NCBI RefSeq assembly: GCF_004010195.1
Contig: NC_057718.1
Coordinates: 23,942,605 to 24,006,604, forward strand
DNA: 64,000 nt
Source: Chiloscyllium plagiosum
Taxonomy: Eukaryota
Direction of reading: 5' to 3'
A model generated the notes under the pieces. It was given only the letters and a program-made list of their open reading frames with translations, had not been told where the DNA came from and ran no database searches. A program made the position numbers and the translations under genes. Numbering within the stretch: position 1 is the stretch's first letter; every line of letters begins with the position of its first letter. Positions 37,353 through 49,827 of the stretch are shown in pieces.

Positions 37353-38173
37353 TGTTATGGACCAAGGCAGACCTCCTCAAAACATTTCAAGAAGGGAGCC
37401 CAGACCCTAACTTTGCCCGTTTTTTAAGTAGGTGTACGTGGATATTCCAGGAGAAATGCTGCTGCTCCGGTTTCCTTCCACAGTCCAAAGATGTACAGGT
37501 TAGGTGAATTGGCCATGTTAAATTGTCCGTAGTGATAGGTAAGGGGTAAATGTAGGGGTATGGGTGGGTTGCGCTTCGGTGGGTCAGTCTGGACTTGTTG
37601 GGCCGAAGGGCCTGTTTCCACACTGTAATGTAATGTAACTCAAACCACTTAGTTTTAAACATAGCAGAATTTATTTACAAATTACTGAATGAAACACAAA
37701 CAACACAAAACAGAATACCGAATAACAACCTATCCGAAAATCCAACAGATCCCAATTTATTGATGCTGTTTCAAGTATTTGGAACAATCTCCGTAAACAA
37801 CCCTTGGCACCAAAGGAAGAATGAAACACAGGTTCTTACAGGGTAGAAGTCAGAGAGGGTACCAGCCTGGACCTGTTTCTTTGGCTCCAAAAGCCTTTCT
37901 TTAAACTCCTCCTGCTTTTAAATAAAACAAACCTGAGAAACTGAGCTGAGAGAACTGGCCACACCCCTTTTTATTGTACAAGTGGTTTGTTTTAAAACTT
38001 GAAAGCCTCTGTCTAAGGCAGTATCTGTTAGCTATTATCAAATTGGCCCTAAAACCCTTCAGCCTCCACACGTTTTTGGAGTCTGTGTTGCTTATTAGTG
38101 CTCGGGGTGGGTGCAGTGTTGGAGGAGAATGCAAGGACTGCATAACCTTTATTAAAGGAGCAGCTTCGTCACA
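37353..38173 (-). mobile_element. Solo LTR (gypsy-like termini) with nested truncated V-SINE (~37462-37636)
   Basis: Minus strand TGTGACG...CATAACA; flanks GTGG and ATGG (4-bp TSD with one mismatch); AATAAA on minus strand. Confidence 0.78.
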
Positions 38174-39749
38174 ATGGTGAGGGAACACAGACTGCCGGTG
38201 AGATCAGCCATCAGACTCTAATCAGTCATGATCTCCGTGTTGGAGAGCATAATGGACAATATTTGAGGACTCCCCTGAATGTAGAGATGCGCAGTTGTAC
38301 GTTATCAGTTCTCAGAATGCACAAATGTAAAAACCTGCGTACACATTAGGTTTTATTTAATATGAGCATTTGATCATTCAGAAAATAATTGTTATGGCTT
38401 GAAAATGCTATAGCGTTACAGCAGGCATCTTTTACAGCAATGGTATTTCTTTACGTTGTTTGGTTCAGTGAGTGTGGGTAGCATTGTGTTTGAAGTTGAT
38501 GCAATTTTATGCTATCATGGAAGTTTGGTCCTATTGACTGCAATGGACAGTCCAAAACAAATTACCAAGCAGGAATAAATAGGGAAAATTTCAGGTCAAA
38601 GTAATTCATGCAACATTTCTAGGTATTGGAGGTAGCGGTACTCTTCTTTGCTTGCACATGTTCCTTCTGTGTGTACCCACCGCTTAAAGTTTGGCTGGAT
38701 GGTGACTTACTGCACACTTCTTCATTTCTGAAATGTTTAATTCCTATTTGATCTCTGAGATGGTACAGAAGCTTAATGGATTTGGTCCACAGCTGTAATC
38801 TTATGCCAAAAAATAATACATTCACACCATCATTTGTCATTTACTTCTTTAAATGCCATGTGATGGACTCCAGGTTTCTGATTGGAGTGAGATGGTTTTG
38901 ATTTTTGTTTTGTGTGCTAATTTCATGATTTCATTGTTTGTTTGGTCAGGAAAGGTTTTATTTTTAAATAGTATCTGATTCCAAGATCAACCCAGCAAGA
39001 ATCCCATATGTGTATTATTAAGTTGCATCCAGTGTTTATTATCTGATCATTCTTGGAGCTGAAGCAAAACAGGCTCTGCCAGAAGGTGGTGTGTAAAGAG
39101 AAGGCGAGAGCTGACGAAAAATCCTGGCAGTTTTGGGTTGGAGCAAAATTAGGCCTGCCCATTTAAATGTAGGAAAGCTTTTAGGTGGTTTGGGGAATGC
39201 AATACAATCTACTTCCTTCAGCTGTGAGACATTAGATGTAAGGCACAATGGTGAATTTTTTTTTGTTTTCTTTTCTCCCCCTACCCAAAACTCCAGTGTA
39301 GAATTCTGGGTGAGAGATGTCATTGAATGAGAAGCATATTCATTCCACCTCCCACACCATAAATCAAGGCCCAATCTGACACTTGAGGCATGCTACTCCA
39401 GTACTGTTGTTTGAAGGTCACCAGGGTTTTTGGTGTACTGCCTAATCCATGCGAAGTCAGTCATGGGTAAAAATGATAATTGCACTAATTTAAACCTGAG
39501 GGCTGTTTATAGCCAGCCTTAACCCTTATTTTGTACATTGGAACAAGAAACCTACACAGCAACATGTCTACCTTTGCTTTGGTGTTACTAGGCAGTGGGC
39601 TATTATTGGGATTTGGTGATGTATGTACTTGCTGTTCAAAATGTCGAAGTTTGTTGAGGGACTGCTTTTAAAAACAAGCAGCAATAGCTTCCACAGCTAA
39701 TTTGTTTTAAATCTGAACTATTGTGGTCCTCCAATGATGCAGCTGAGAA

Positions 39750-41550
39750 TTAATAATGGGAATGGCAGATAAACTAACCAATATTTTGCATTGGTCTTCA
39801 CATTGGAAGACACTATAAAGATCTGAAACACAATGTGCTCATGGGCTTGTTACGGCTTTTATCATGAGGGCAAGTATTTGGCAAAATAATGGGACTAAAA
39901 GCAGACAGATTGCCACATCCTGATGGCCTGTGTCCAAGAACTTTGAAGGAAATGGCTGCAGGGATAGTGGAGGTATTGGTCAATCCTCCAGAACGTTCTG
40001 AATTCTGGGAGCATTCCAGTGGTTTGGAAAATAGCTAGCATAATGCACCTGTTCAAGAAGCACAGGAGCCAGAAAGCAGGAAACTATATATAGACAAGTT
40101 AGCCTAGCATCTGTCATTGACATAATGCTGTAGTCCATTAAGGAAGAAATAGCTGAATATTTAGAAATGCTTAATGTAATCAAATCATCAACATGGTTTT
40201 GAGAAAAGAAATTGTTTTTAAAAAAAAAAAAAGCAGAACCATTCTTTTGAGGATAGAACAAACAGTTGACAAAGGGGAATCATTAAATGCAGTGTATTTG
40301 TATTTTCAGAATGACATTTTTAAGGGTGCACAAAAAATTGTTGCCCACAGGAGTTCATTCTATTGTAGGTGATGTACTACATCGAATGAAGATTGGTTGA
40401 TGTGGTGAAATTTGCTGACTGTATGTAAATATATAGAATATCTTTTATTGTCACATGTACTCAAATATGGAAGTATCAGGTATAGTGAAATGTTTACGTT
40501 GTCCCATATGGGTACAAAGTACTTTCGTGTTGATCTTACATACATAATAGAGAAAGGAAAAATGCAAAACATTCCATTACTTTAATTATTGGTAGTCTAG
40601 GTTAGGACGAATGAGAAATAAAGTTTAAGTTAGACATTACAGCCTTTCTAGGAAGGGCCTGCAGTAGATCAGCACAGGGGGCTTCCACATGTGGCCTGAC
40701 TGGGCTTGCAAACCACTGATCATCCGCACTAGTCCCCAGTCCTACATTGTCCCTGCTCCATGCGGGCCAGCCCACTTTACCTCAGGATGGGGGTGGGGAA
40801 AAAGTGGGAGGGAAATAAATTAAAAAATGGGGGGGGGGAAAAAGACAGAAGGAGCAGAGGGAGCTCCAGTTGGAGCATCTTACTCTGCCGCCATCTTGAC
40901 CAGAGGGTATACTGTATTGTGATGAAGACGAGGAATTTGAATTGAGGTATAGATTGAGTGACTTGGCAGATGGAGTTTAATGTAGGCAAGTGTGTGGTCA
41001 CGTGGCAGGAAGAATCAAGCCATAATATATTACGGTGAGGGCATACATTGGGTATAGTGTATAAGTTTGGGCCCTTTTTTAAAGTAAGCATTAGTTTTTG
41101 ATAAATTTTGCAAAAAGATTTGTAGGCTGAATTTTGGGATGAAGAGGTTGAGTTATGAAGAACATCTAAACAGGTTGTGTTTATTCATTACAGGAATGAG
41201 AGGGTGATCTTATTGAAAGAACGTGCATAACTCTGAGGGATTTAACAGTGTATAAGATGTTTCCAATCATTGGAGGAGATAGCACTCTAACTATATGACA
41301 ATATAAAGGGCATTCATTTAAAAGCAAGATGTGAAGGAATTTCTTCTGAGGATAATCGTCTGGAATTCTCTACCCCAGAGAGTTGTGGAGGCTAGATCAC
41401 AAATACTTGAAGAGGAGGTGACTCATTTTTAGTATGAGGTGATTGAAGGCATTGAGGTTCTGGTACAAAAGACTTGAGATCTGGGTCAGATCAGCTCTGA
41501 TCTTGTTGAATAGGTTTGAAGGGCTGAGTGGCCAATTCCTGCTCTTATTT
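39750..41550 (+). mobile_element. Old degraded CR1 with nested insert at ~40436-40903
   Basis: NYRxVSL, QHGF, VYLxFQ, KFAD and WQMEFN remnants plus 3' tail. Confidence 0.78.
40436..40903 (-). mobile_element. Short non-autonomous retroelement (LINE-like 5' end joined to a polyadenylation tail)
   Basis: Minus strand starts CAAGATGGCGGC and ends gtacatgtgacAATAAA; tail shared with 11435-11480. Confidence 0.6.
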
Positions 41551-43678
41551 CTTCCATGTTGTGTCAGTATTTGAAAAAACTTTTCATCAGAGCTTAATTC
41601 TAACAAACTATCAGCTATACTTTTTTGAAACAAGATTAAAAGAATGTCTTTGCTGGAGAGTTTGTCAAGCTTCATTCACTACAGTTGTCCAGGGTACTGT
41701 ACGTGAAGTCTACCTCTCTGTTACGTCCAGTTATTCTGAACTGGAGTACTTGAGCTGGGTGATGTTTAATGTTGAAGTTAAGACCAAACATCTTATGGTT
41801 AATACTGAAATGTTTGGTGGGATATGAAAGTAAAAACAGCCTGTAAAATTTGAGGGAGAAAGACTGAATATTTTTCAGCTTTATTTTGATATCTGAAAGT
41901 GAAGGCTTACCTTGTATAAAGTGCCATTTGGGGCAGTTTCAAAGGCCTAAGTATGACCAGATTTGATTGGAGAAGGATACAAATACAAATTTTTAAATAT
42001 ATTTTGTGGATGGGAAATTAATCTGCTTTATAGACCAGATTTGGGTGCAACCTGCCGTACACTTGAATTGGTATTTTATATTAACATTCAGAACAAACGA
42101 GCCTTTGCAGGAAGTTACATACATTGACATCATAGGTTCTTCTGACTTCTTTTACTGAGAACTCCTGGCCTGGTGTCCATTTTAAAAAGCTTTGTGATCT
42201 TAAATTTGTTGATCTCTTGTTAGGGGAGGGATGACTCTGTTCCTTACTTTCTCATTTCATTGTGATTCTGAGATTGGTTAAACTCTTCATTCTGAGCAAC
42301 CAAAACATATTTAAGGACTTGTACACAAGAGAGCTATCTGCAAATTATTCAGTTTAGAGACGGCTTCATGATGAAGTAAATTTGTTTAAAATTAAAGCTT
42401 TTCATTGTACAGGCAATGAGGTTAATAGGGTCTCCATTTTCCAATCTGTTGTTTGTTTTTCTACATGTTACATGAACGTGACGCAAGATGATATTTGAAT
42501 GACGAGGACGATGATTTAACCTTTTCTTTTACCCCCATGCTGCATTGAAAAATCCTCAATATTTCCTTGTTAGAGATTGAACAAAGTGTATTTCTACTTG
42601 ATTATACACAAAGTACAACAGAATAGGTCAATGAAGAAAGGCTGTGACTTGTGCCGCATCCCTTTCACATGTTGGCATCAGTTTAAGATGTGACATTTTT
42701 TAAAAGGAATAAGAGCGATTACTTGTCTTGCCTGTGCTTTTAAAACAGGAATTTGTCTGCTTTAGATTTCCTGTTGGCTGCCCAGTTGCTAGGTAATCAT
42801 GTCATGCAGTCTAATATGTAAAAAATGGTTGAAAGGGGGGCAACTTTTAAATGTTTGCTGCTACTTGTCTGTATCCTTGAGGAGCAAACAATCTTATAAA
42901 TTTAGTCTCCTAAGGATTGAACAATGCTTCCCTTCTCTGTATCACCCTGCAAGTCAGTATGTAGTTTTCTGACGTGACCAATCTACAATCATTGTATACT
43001 GGTCTAGAGTGTAACAGAGGCATTTTTATGTTTTTAGCAAACAGACAACAGTTTTCTTTTTCCCCATGTCGCTCTGACTGTCTTTATTAGAAGTGTGGGG
43101 TATCACTTCTAGGACAATTTTTTTGGTTCAGGTGCAAAAATGTTTTTTCCAAGTGGTCATTCAGACCTAGTGTCATTGTGTTTGATCTAGGGCATTCCTT
43201 GGGGGGGTGGAGGGTGGGAAATGTTTCCCTCCCCTAACAAGAGATCCACAGTCCATTGATGTTACCATCGGGTTGATTTATTGCATTGTCTTTTTGAAGA
43301 TCAGCCTGTTTTTCAGATTGGTAAAATACTAAATGCAAATTATTGTGATGTCCAGTTTTGAGGTGCATGTAGGCTCTTAAGTGATTTAGACAGCGGTCCT
43401 TAAAGCCATAGCTGGCAACAAGTAATGCCAACAAATAAAACCAGCAATATTTCCTTTTTAGTTTGGTCTGGAGGATGATATTGCTACCTTGCAAGACCTC
43501 TTACTGGTCTGCTTCCAACGTTTTAACTGATTGGCTTGTCTCTTCAGACAGCAATCTGATTACCCAACCATCAACTAGTGGACTAGTAGCCTTTATTACC
43601 AGTTTGATGCCTGTACATTTTACATGTACGTTTGACATGTAATTGAAGTACTAGGCGTCAAAATGACTGCCCTAAAAA

Positions 43679-44020
43679 GGAGGGTGACCGCGTCACGGTA
43701 TTATCACTAGATTGTGTTGGTCCAGAGACCCAGGTATGTTCTGGGGCCCTGGGTTCAAATCCCACCATGGGAGATGGTGAAATTTTAATTCAGTAAAAAG
43801 CTGGAATTAAAAGTCTAATGACGATCATGAATCCATTATCAAATGTCAGGAGAAACATAGGTTCACAAATTCCTTTCACGGAAGGAAACTGACATCCTTA
43901 ACTGAGCGGCATGTTACTCTTGACCCACAGTAATGTAGTTGACTCTTAACTAACATGTGGGCCATTAGGGATGGGCAATAAATGCTGGCTCAGTCAGTGA
44001 TACCATCATCCTTTGAATAA
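43679..44020 (+). mobile_element. SINE family B
   Basis: B box GGGTTCAAATCCC; body and tail as in other copies. Confidence 0.88.
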
Positions 44021-44559
44021 AAATGCTGAGTGCCACCTACCTGCCTGTCTGACCTGCTGATCAATCAAGTTAATCTGTGCTTCATTGTGCTGCAGAGGTC
44101 TAGCTAAGGTCAACCCAAAAAGGTGAAGTTACTCTTGGAAAGCTCCCTTGGCTTTTTTTAAGTGTATCCTAGGACTGCGTTGACATAGGGAGAAGTCATT
44201 CAAGCCACTGAAAATGTGATAGCTCTTTCAAAGAGCAATCCAGTCTGTCCAGTTCCTTGCATTTTATTTCTCATATCCCTCTTTGTTTTCTTCTTTTGAT
44301 GTTGTGGCAGCAGCTACTGTATTTAATTTGTTTCTATTGCCATATCAGGCAGTGTGTTCCAAACCCTGATTATGCATTATATAATTATTTTTCCCCTCAT
44401 GTTGCTGATGATTCTTTTACCAATTGCTATTTAAATTAGTGCTTTCTGTTTTTACTAATCCTCCTTCAGTGATGGTAACATGGTTCTCCTCATTTTACAG
44501 CATCTTTTGTGATGTTTAAATTGTTAAACCACTTCTTCAAGAAGGGCTAAACTAAACAA

Positions 44560-45900
44560 TTCCAGTCCCTCCAGGAATTTGTATCTTGTACATGCTCATG
44601 ATTGAGCTTCCTCTGTCCTCTGGTGTAGAGAGTTCCAAAGGTTGACCAAAGTGAATAAATATCTCTTCATTTCAGTCTTCCATAATCCCAGGATAAAAGA
44701 TAAAGGCTATCTCCCCTGGATTGAGCCTCACCAGAATGGGACATGCCTCTATCTACGTCAACCTTATCATATCACAATTTTAAGAATTTTATGTTTTGTG
44801 TAATCACTTCTCATTCTTCAAAACTCTTGAGAAAACTGACCCCAGTCTCCTCAATCTCTCCTCTTGGAACAATCCTGTCATTTGCAGCATTTAGTGTGGT
44901 AAACCTCTGCATATCTATCCCACACGTAATACTACATAATACTCCAGATGTTGTCTCCCCAAAGCACAACTACGACAGCAAGGCCTCTTTAATCCTGTAA
45001 TCCTGTACACTCATCCTCTTGCGATGAAGCTAACATACCATTTTGGTTTCCTTGTTGCTTGCTCGCCATGTATGCTAACTGTTGCTGAATCATGAACAAG
45101 GATTCCAGCTCCTTTTTGGTCTCGTGCTCTCTCTCCTCAATCTCACCTATAAAAATATTCCACTCTTTTATTCCTACTAAAGTGAATAACTTGTGCATTT
45201 GTATCCATCTGCCATTTATTCAAATTCACTTAGCCTTCCCACCCTCTCTTGAAGCATACTTTCATCTTCCTCAACTTGTTGTTCTATCAAATTAGAAAAT
45301 ATTACAATTGGTGCCTCCCCGCCACATACGAATCATTTGTAAAGACTGAGCTGTTATGCAGCTAGCACAAATTTTTGAGGTAATCTGCGAGCAATAGTCG
45401 GCTATTCTGGGAATGATCCATTTCTTTCTACTCTCTAACCAATTATTGATCCATACTCGTGTATTTCCCTAAACCCATATGCTCTAAGTTTATTTACTTC
45501 GTTCCTGTGTAGAAACTTATCAAAAGCCTTCTAAAAACCCAACACACTGGTTCTTTTCTTTTTCAGTGCTACAAGAAATGTCCTTTCACAAATCCATGTT
45601 GACTGTGCCTAATTTTTCTATTCTTCTGACATCCTTTTACAATGCCTACCATTTTACTTTTACTGAATTCCAACTACTTGATCTGTAATTAACTCTCTTC
45701 CTTCGTTAATGAAACACCATTGTTTTAGTACTATCCCAACTGCAGGAACCTTTTCTAGAATCTATTGAATTTGAGAGAGCAACTAATAGTTCCTTTTACT
45801 TCTCTGTGGTCACTCCTTCAGCACTCTCTGGGATGAAGTTCATCTGGTCAAGATGATTTCTCCACCTTCAAACTCATTCATACTTCAATATTACCGCCTT
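44560..45900 (-). mobile_element. Old degraded CR1
   Basis: Reverse-strand remnants DFxKAFDK (tatcaaaagccttc) and QHGFVKG (cctttcacaaatccatgttg). Confidence 0.72.
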
Positions 45901-46726
45901 TACTAATTTAGTTTATTCGGTTGCCTGAACATGTTTTGTGTGTATCTTTATGTGTATATATTTTATATATTTAGAAAAACTCCAGCAGATGTAAATGAGT
46001 TACATTGTGAGGCTGAGCATTTTAAAAGTTGTTAGTATAATTCTTGGCACTGTTAGGTTTGTTCAGTAAATAATGTCCAATTGTGGGTTCACGTCTAATG
46101 TTAGAAAGTTCTTAAAGACGTTTTTGCTTGTTGAGTGTGGTTAATAGTCTACCTGTTGCAAACAGGTAATGGGAGAGGACTGTTTGGGAGATATGACTTG
46201 AATATCTAGCATCACTAGCACTGAAAGCCATTTACCCAATTATGGTTACAATTGACCTTGAGCACAAGTTTACAATCAAGTGAAATGCAGGGAGAGTGTA
46301 TTCTAGAGATAGCTTGAATAACTCTTAGGAATATAGCAAAAATAAGCATCTTTTTAAGCAATTGTTTAGCTATATGGGCATTTCCTTATCAAATTTCCCA
46401 TCTTGTTTCATATGATCATTAGATGACCTAGAATGGATATCTTATGTCTTTGCCCATTTTAAGGATCAATTAATTTGGCACTGTTTTTGACCCTGTCCTT
46501 ATTACTGTTTCACCTCCCTGTCAGAATCTCTTCTGATTCAAAGGCCTCAATGGAATGTTTTGTTAACATTTTGTTACAAATTCCTATTGACACTAATGCC
46601 TTTGGATGCATGACATTCATGTGGACAAACTTGCTCTTTTTCCACCCCTATTTCCAGCCTTGCATTATAATTCACTCTAAGAACCACTTCATTTGTATGA
46701 TTTCTTCCAGCAAAGTGCTAGTAGAG

Positions 46727-46970
46727 AGAAACCAAAGAACTGCGGATGCTGGAAATCAAACAAAAACTGAAGTTGCTGGAAAGGCTCAGCAGGTCTGGCA
46801 GCATCTGTGAAGTGAAATCGAAGTTGCCATTTTGGTTCCAGTGACTCTTCCTCAGAACTGAGCAAATCATTTCTGAGAAAGGGTCACCGGCCCTGAAACA
46901 TTAACTGATTTCTGTTCACAGGTACTGCAAGACCTGCTGAGCTTTTCCAGCAATTTCCGTTTTTGTTTCT
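46727..46970. mobile_element. PLE family 3 head-to-head hairpin with two decayed hammerhead motifs
   Basis: ttgctggaaaggctcagcaggtct pairs with agacctgctgagcttttccagcaa. Confidence 0.82.
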
Positions 46971-47209
46971 GTTGGTGGAGAGTGCCTTTTGTGTTGCTAC
47001 TGCTTTTGTAGCAGTGGGAAATGGCTAGCTTCCCCTGCTTTAAGTTTTTGAGAGATTAAATTTTAGGAATTTTTTTGAGGAAGACTCAGAACTGGTCAGG
47101 ATTGACAGTGGTGGATGACTTTGCACATTCATCCATGTGTCTATTTTGAACAAATGACAATAGTTTGATGGGATCAGCTTTGAGCTGGCAGGGTAGCTTT
47201 CTATAGTCC

Positions 47210-48155
47210 ATCTCCATTTTAAATATCTTCAACTCTCCAATTCTGCCTACTAATGTGCATTACATCATATTTCCCCCATGTTATATTTCATCTGCTGGGT
47301 TTTGCCCACTGGTTTAAACTCTTTTATAACTAAGTAGACTGTTGTCATCATCACCATCCTGCCTTCCCACATGTATTTGATGTGGGGAAATGATTATTAT
47401 ACATTTTGCTGGCCTCCTCCAGGACATTAATATATCTTGTGAATAATTGTTGGTGCTCTCACTGATCTCTGTGGCAATCCACTAAGTACAGGTTACTGTC
47501 TTGAAAATGGCCCTCGCTTCCCAACTATGTCTTGTTAATTGGTCAGTCCTCCAATCCATGCTAATACAGGTATGAGATCCTTTATCCAAACATCCAAAAA
47601 CCGAAAAGCTCTAAAATCCGAAGGTTTTTTGTCAAGTGTTTTTTTTCTCATTAACAAGTTTGTTTGTTTGTTTGGTGAGCAGTTAACCTCCAAGTCGACA
47701 CCCACTCGATGTGTCACTCAGATGAGACATTGGGGGTGTGGCCAAGCACCGACAGGCATGGGGTTTCTCTGTGAATGCCCCCAAGTCAACACCCACTCGA
47801 TGTATGTCACTCAGATGCGATGTCAGTGGGCGTGGCCAAACATATTCTTAGTTAGAAGTCTGCTTCTCCATAAGATTTTTGGAAATTTCACCATGAAACT
47901 GTCACATTCTGAAAACTGAAAAGTTCTGAGAAGCAGTTGGTCCCGAGTATTTCGGATAAAGGATCTTGAACCTGTATGTTATCTCTAATGCCTTATGCTC
48001 TTATGTTGTTACTTGATGTGTAGGAGCTTATCAAAATCCTTATGAAAATCCAAATATATTACATTGGGCATTTCCCCTTTCTGTCTCCTGTTTGTTTGCT
48101 GTACATGGAATCCTAATGAATTTTTCAGGCATGATAACCACTTAATGAATGCCAT
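47210..48155 (-). mobile_element. Old degraded CR1 hosting a MITE
   Basis: Reverse-strand RT remnants on both sides of the MITE. Confidence 0.65.
47567..47974. mobile_element. Tigger/pogo-like MITE, 408 bp
   Basis: TA TSD at 47565-66 and 47975-76; 24-bp TIR CAGGTATGAGATCCTTTATCCAAA versus reverse complement CAGGTTCAAGATCCTTTATCCGAA. Confidence 0.9.
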
Positions 48156-48444
48156 GTTGGGCATCTTCATGTTTGAGCTAATTTATTATAAAGCAAATTA
48201 TACTGACTCCTGATTCAGTACCTTGGCCTGGTCCCTTTCCCCCCAGACTGGAGCTTTCAACTTTGGGGGTGTAAAATGGATGATGACCTGCCCATTGACA
48301 ACTTAGGTTCAAATTTCCTTGCCATAGAAGATCATGTGGTGAGGTCTAATGGTTTGCCAATCCAATTTTACATCCCAACTGATGTTGGAAACTCCAGCAA
48401 TGATCATTGTTTTGCTTTCATCCAAGAGTAGACTGGAAATAAAT

Positions 48445-48535
48445 CGGAGAGTGTGGCGCTAGTAAAGCACAGCAGGTCAGGCAACATCCGTGGAGCAGGA
48501 AAATCGACATTTTGGGCAAAAGCCCTTCTTCATAG
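48445..48535 (-). mobile_element. PLE family 1 repeat with decayed hammerhead
   Basis: Aligns to 16545-16636. Confidence 0.78.
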
Positions 48536-49622
48536 CCTGACTGACTATGATTATCAATTGTAGGGCATTTGTTCTCGAAATTTCTTCCGAGCGGGATGGA
48601 ACTAGAAATATGCGAGTCTGTGGTAAACAGAATATTGATGTACAGTGCAAGCAAGTTGACGATTATGAAGTGCTGGCAGGGAAATGCCATTGGGCCCACC
48701 ATCTGATCAGCCATAATCCTATCGACTAGCAAATACAGACTCAAGGGGCCAAACAGCCTATTCCATCTTTTATGTACTTTTGTGTGCGAGGGATCTTATG
48801 GTAGTGTCCCTGCCTCTGAACCAGGAGGCAAAGGTTCAAAATCAGCGTGTTCCAGATGTACATTGAGAAAATATCGAAAATCGTGCTGAAATAAATCTGT
48901 AAAACATTACAGAAGATTTGGTTTCTTTAATTTGAACACAGCTCCCAAAGCACAAATCTAATTCCACCTTAAATAGGACTAAACAAACTTTGTATCAAGT
49001 TTATAAGAAGGTTGTGAATATATTAGTGTTAACTAAGGCTACATCGCATGTGGTTTAATTTACTTTTTGAACTGGTAAGTAGGAGGGTTTCCTCGAGAAT
49101 TGCTTAAACTCTTGACTGATTAATTTTTGGATTTGTTCATGTGGAATCTCCTTTCCACAAGTCTCTTTGTTTCAATGAAGTTTTTTCTTTGTACCTCAGT
49201 CTACAAAATAGGTGGAAGTGGCAAGGATCAAATAATTTTACAAGGTATAATTCAATAATTTTGAACAAGAATACTTCATTAGATGCTTAAGGCATCTCCA
49301 ACCATATTTCTTCAAAGATTATCTTCCCTTTTTTTAATATGTGATTTCCATTTGTCATTTAGGAGGGCAGAATCAATGCTAACCATCTGACTTATGTTTA
49401 CTTTTTCAATCCAGTTAACATTTTCCTTTCAGAAAACCACTTACTTTTTCTGTTTTTTTTGGAAGAGGGTAGTATGGATCCTGCATGACAGATGACTCTG
49501 CTAAAGGAAATTTTATTTTTGTTTTATGCCGTGTTCAAATACACTCTTAAAATGCCAAAATTAGATGAACTAATGATAGGAGTCTCTCCTCCTATATTAT
49601 TTAAATAGCTTTGTTTAATAGT

Positions 49623-49827
49623 TATGATGTGGAGGAGCCAGTGTTGGACCAGGGTGGACAAAGTTTAAAAAGTCACACCACCAGGTTATAGTCCAACAGG
49701 TTTATTTAGAAGCACGAGCTTTCGGAGCGCTGCTCCTTCATCAGGTAGTTGTAGAGTATAAGATCATTAGATACTGAATTTATAACAAAAGACTAGTGTC
49801 ATGAAACTGAAATGATATATTGAACAG
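49623..49827 (-). mobile_element. PLE family 2 repeat
   Basis: gatgtggaggagccagtgttggac...caccaggttatagtccaacagg. Confidence 0.82.
49713..49747 (-). ncRNA. Minimal hammerhead ribozyme motif (PLE family 2)
   Basis: uac CUGAUGA A GGAGC AGC GCUCC GAAAG CUC gug. Confidence 0.72.
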
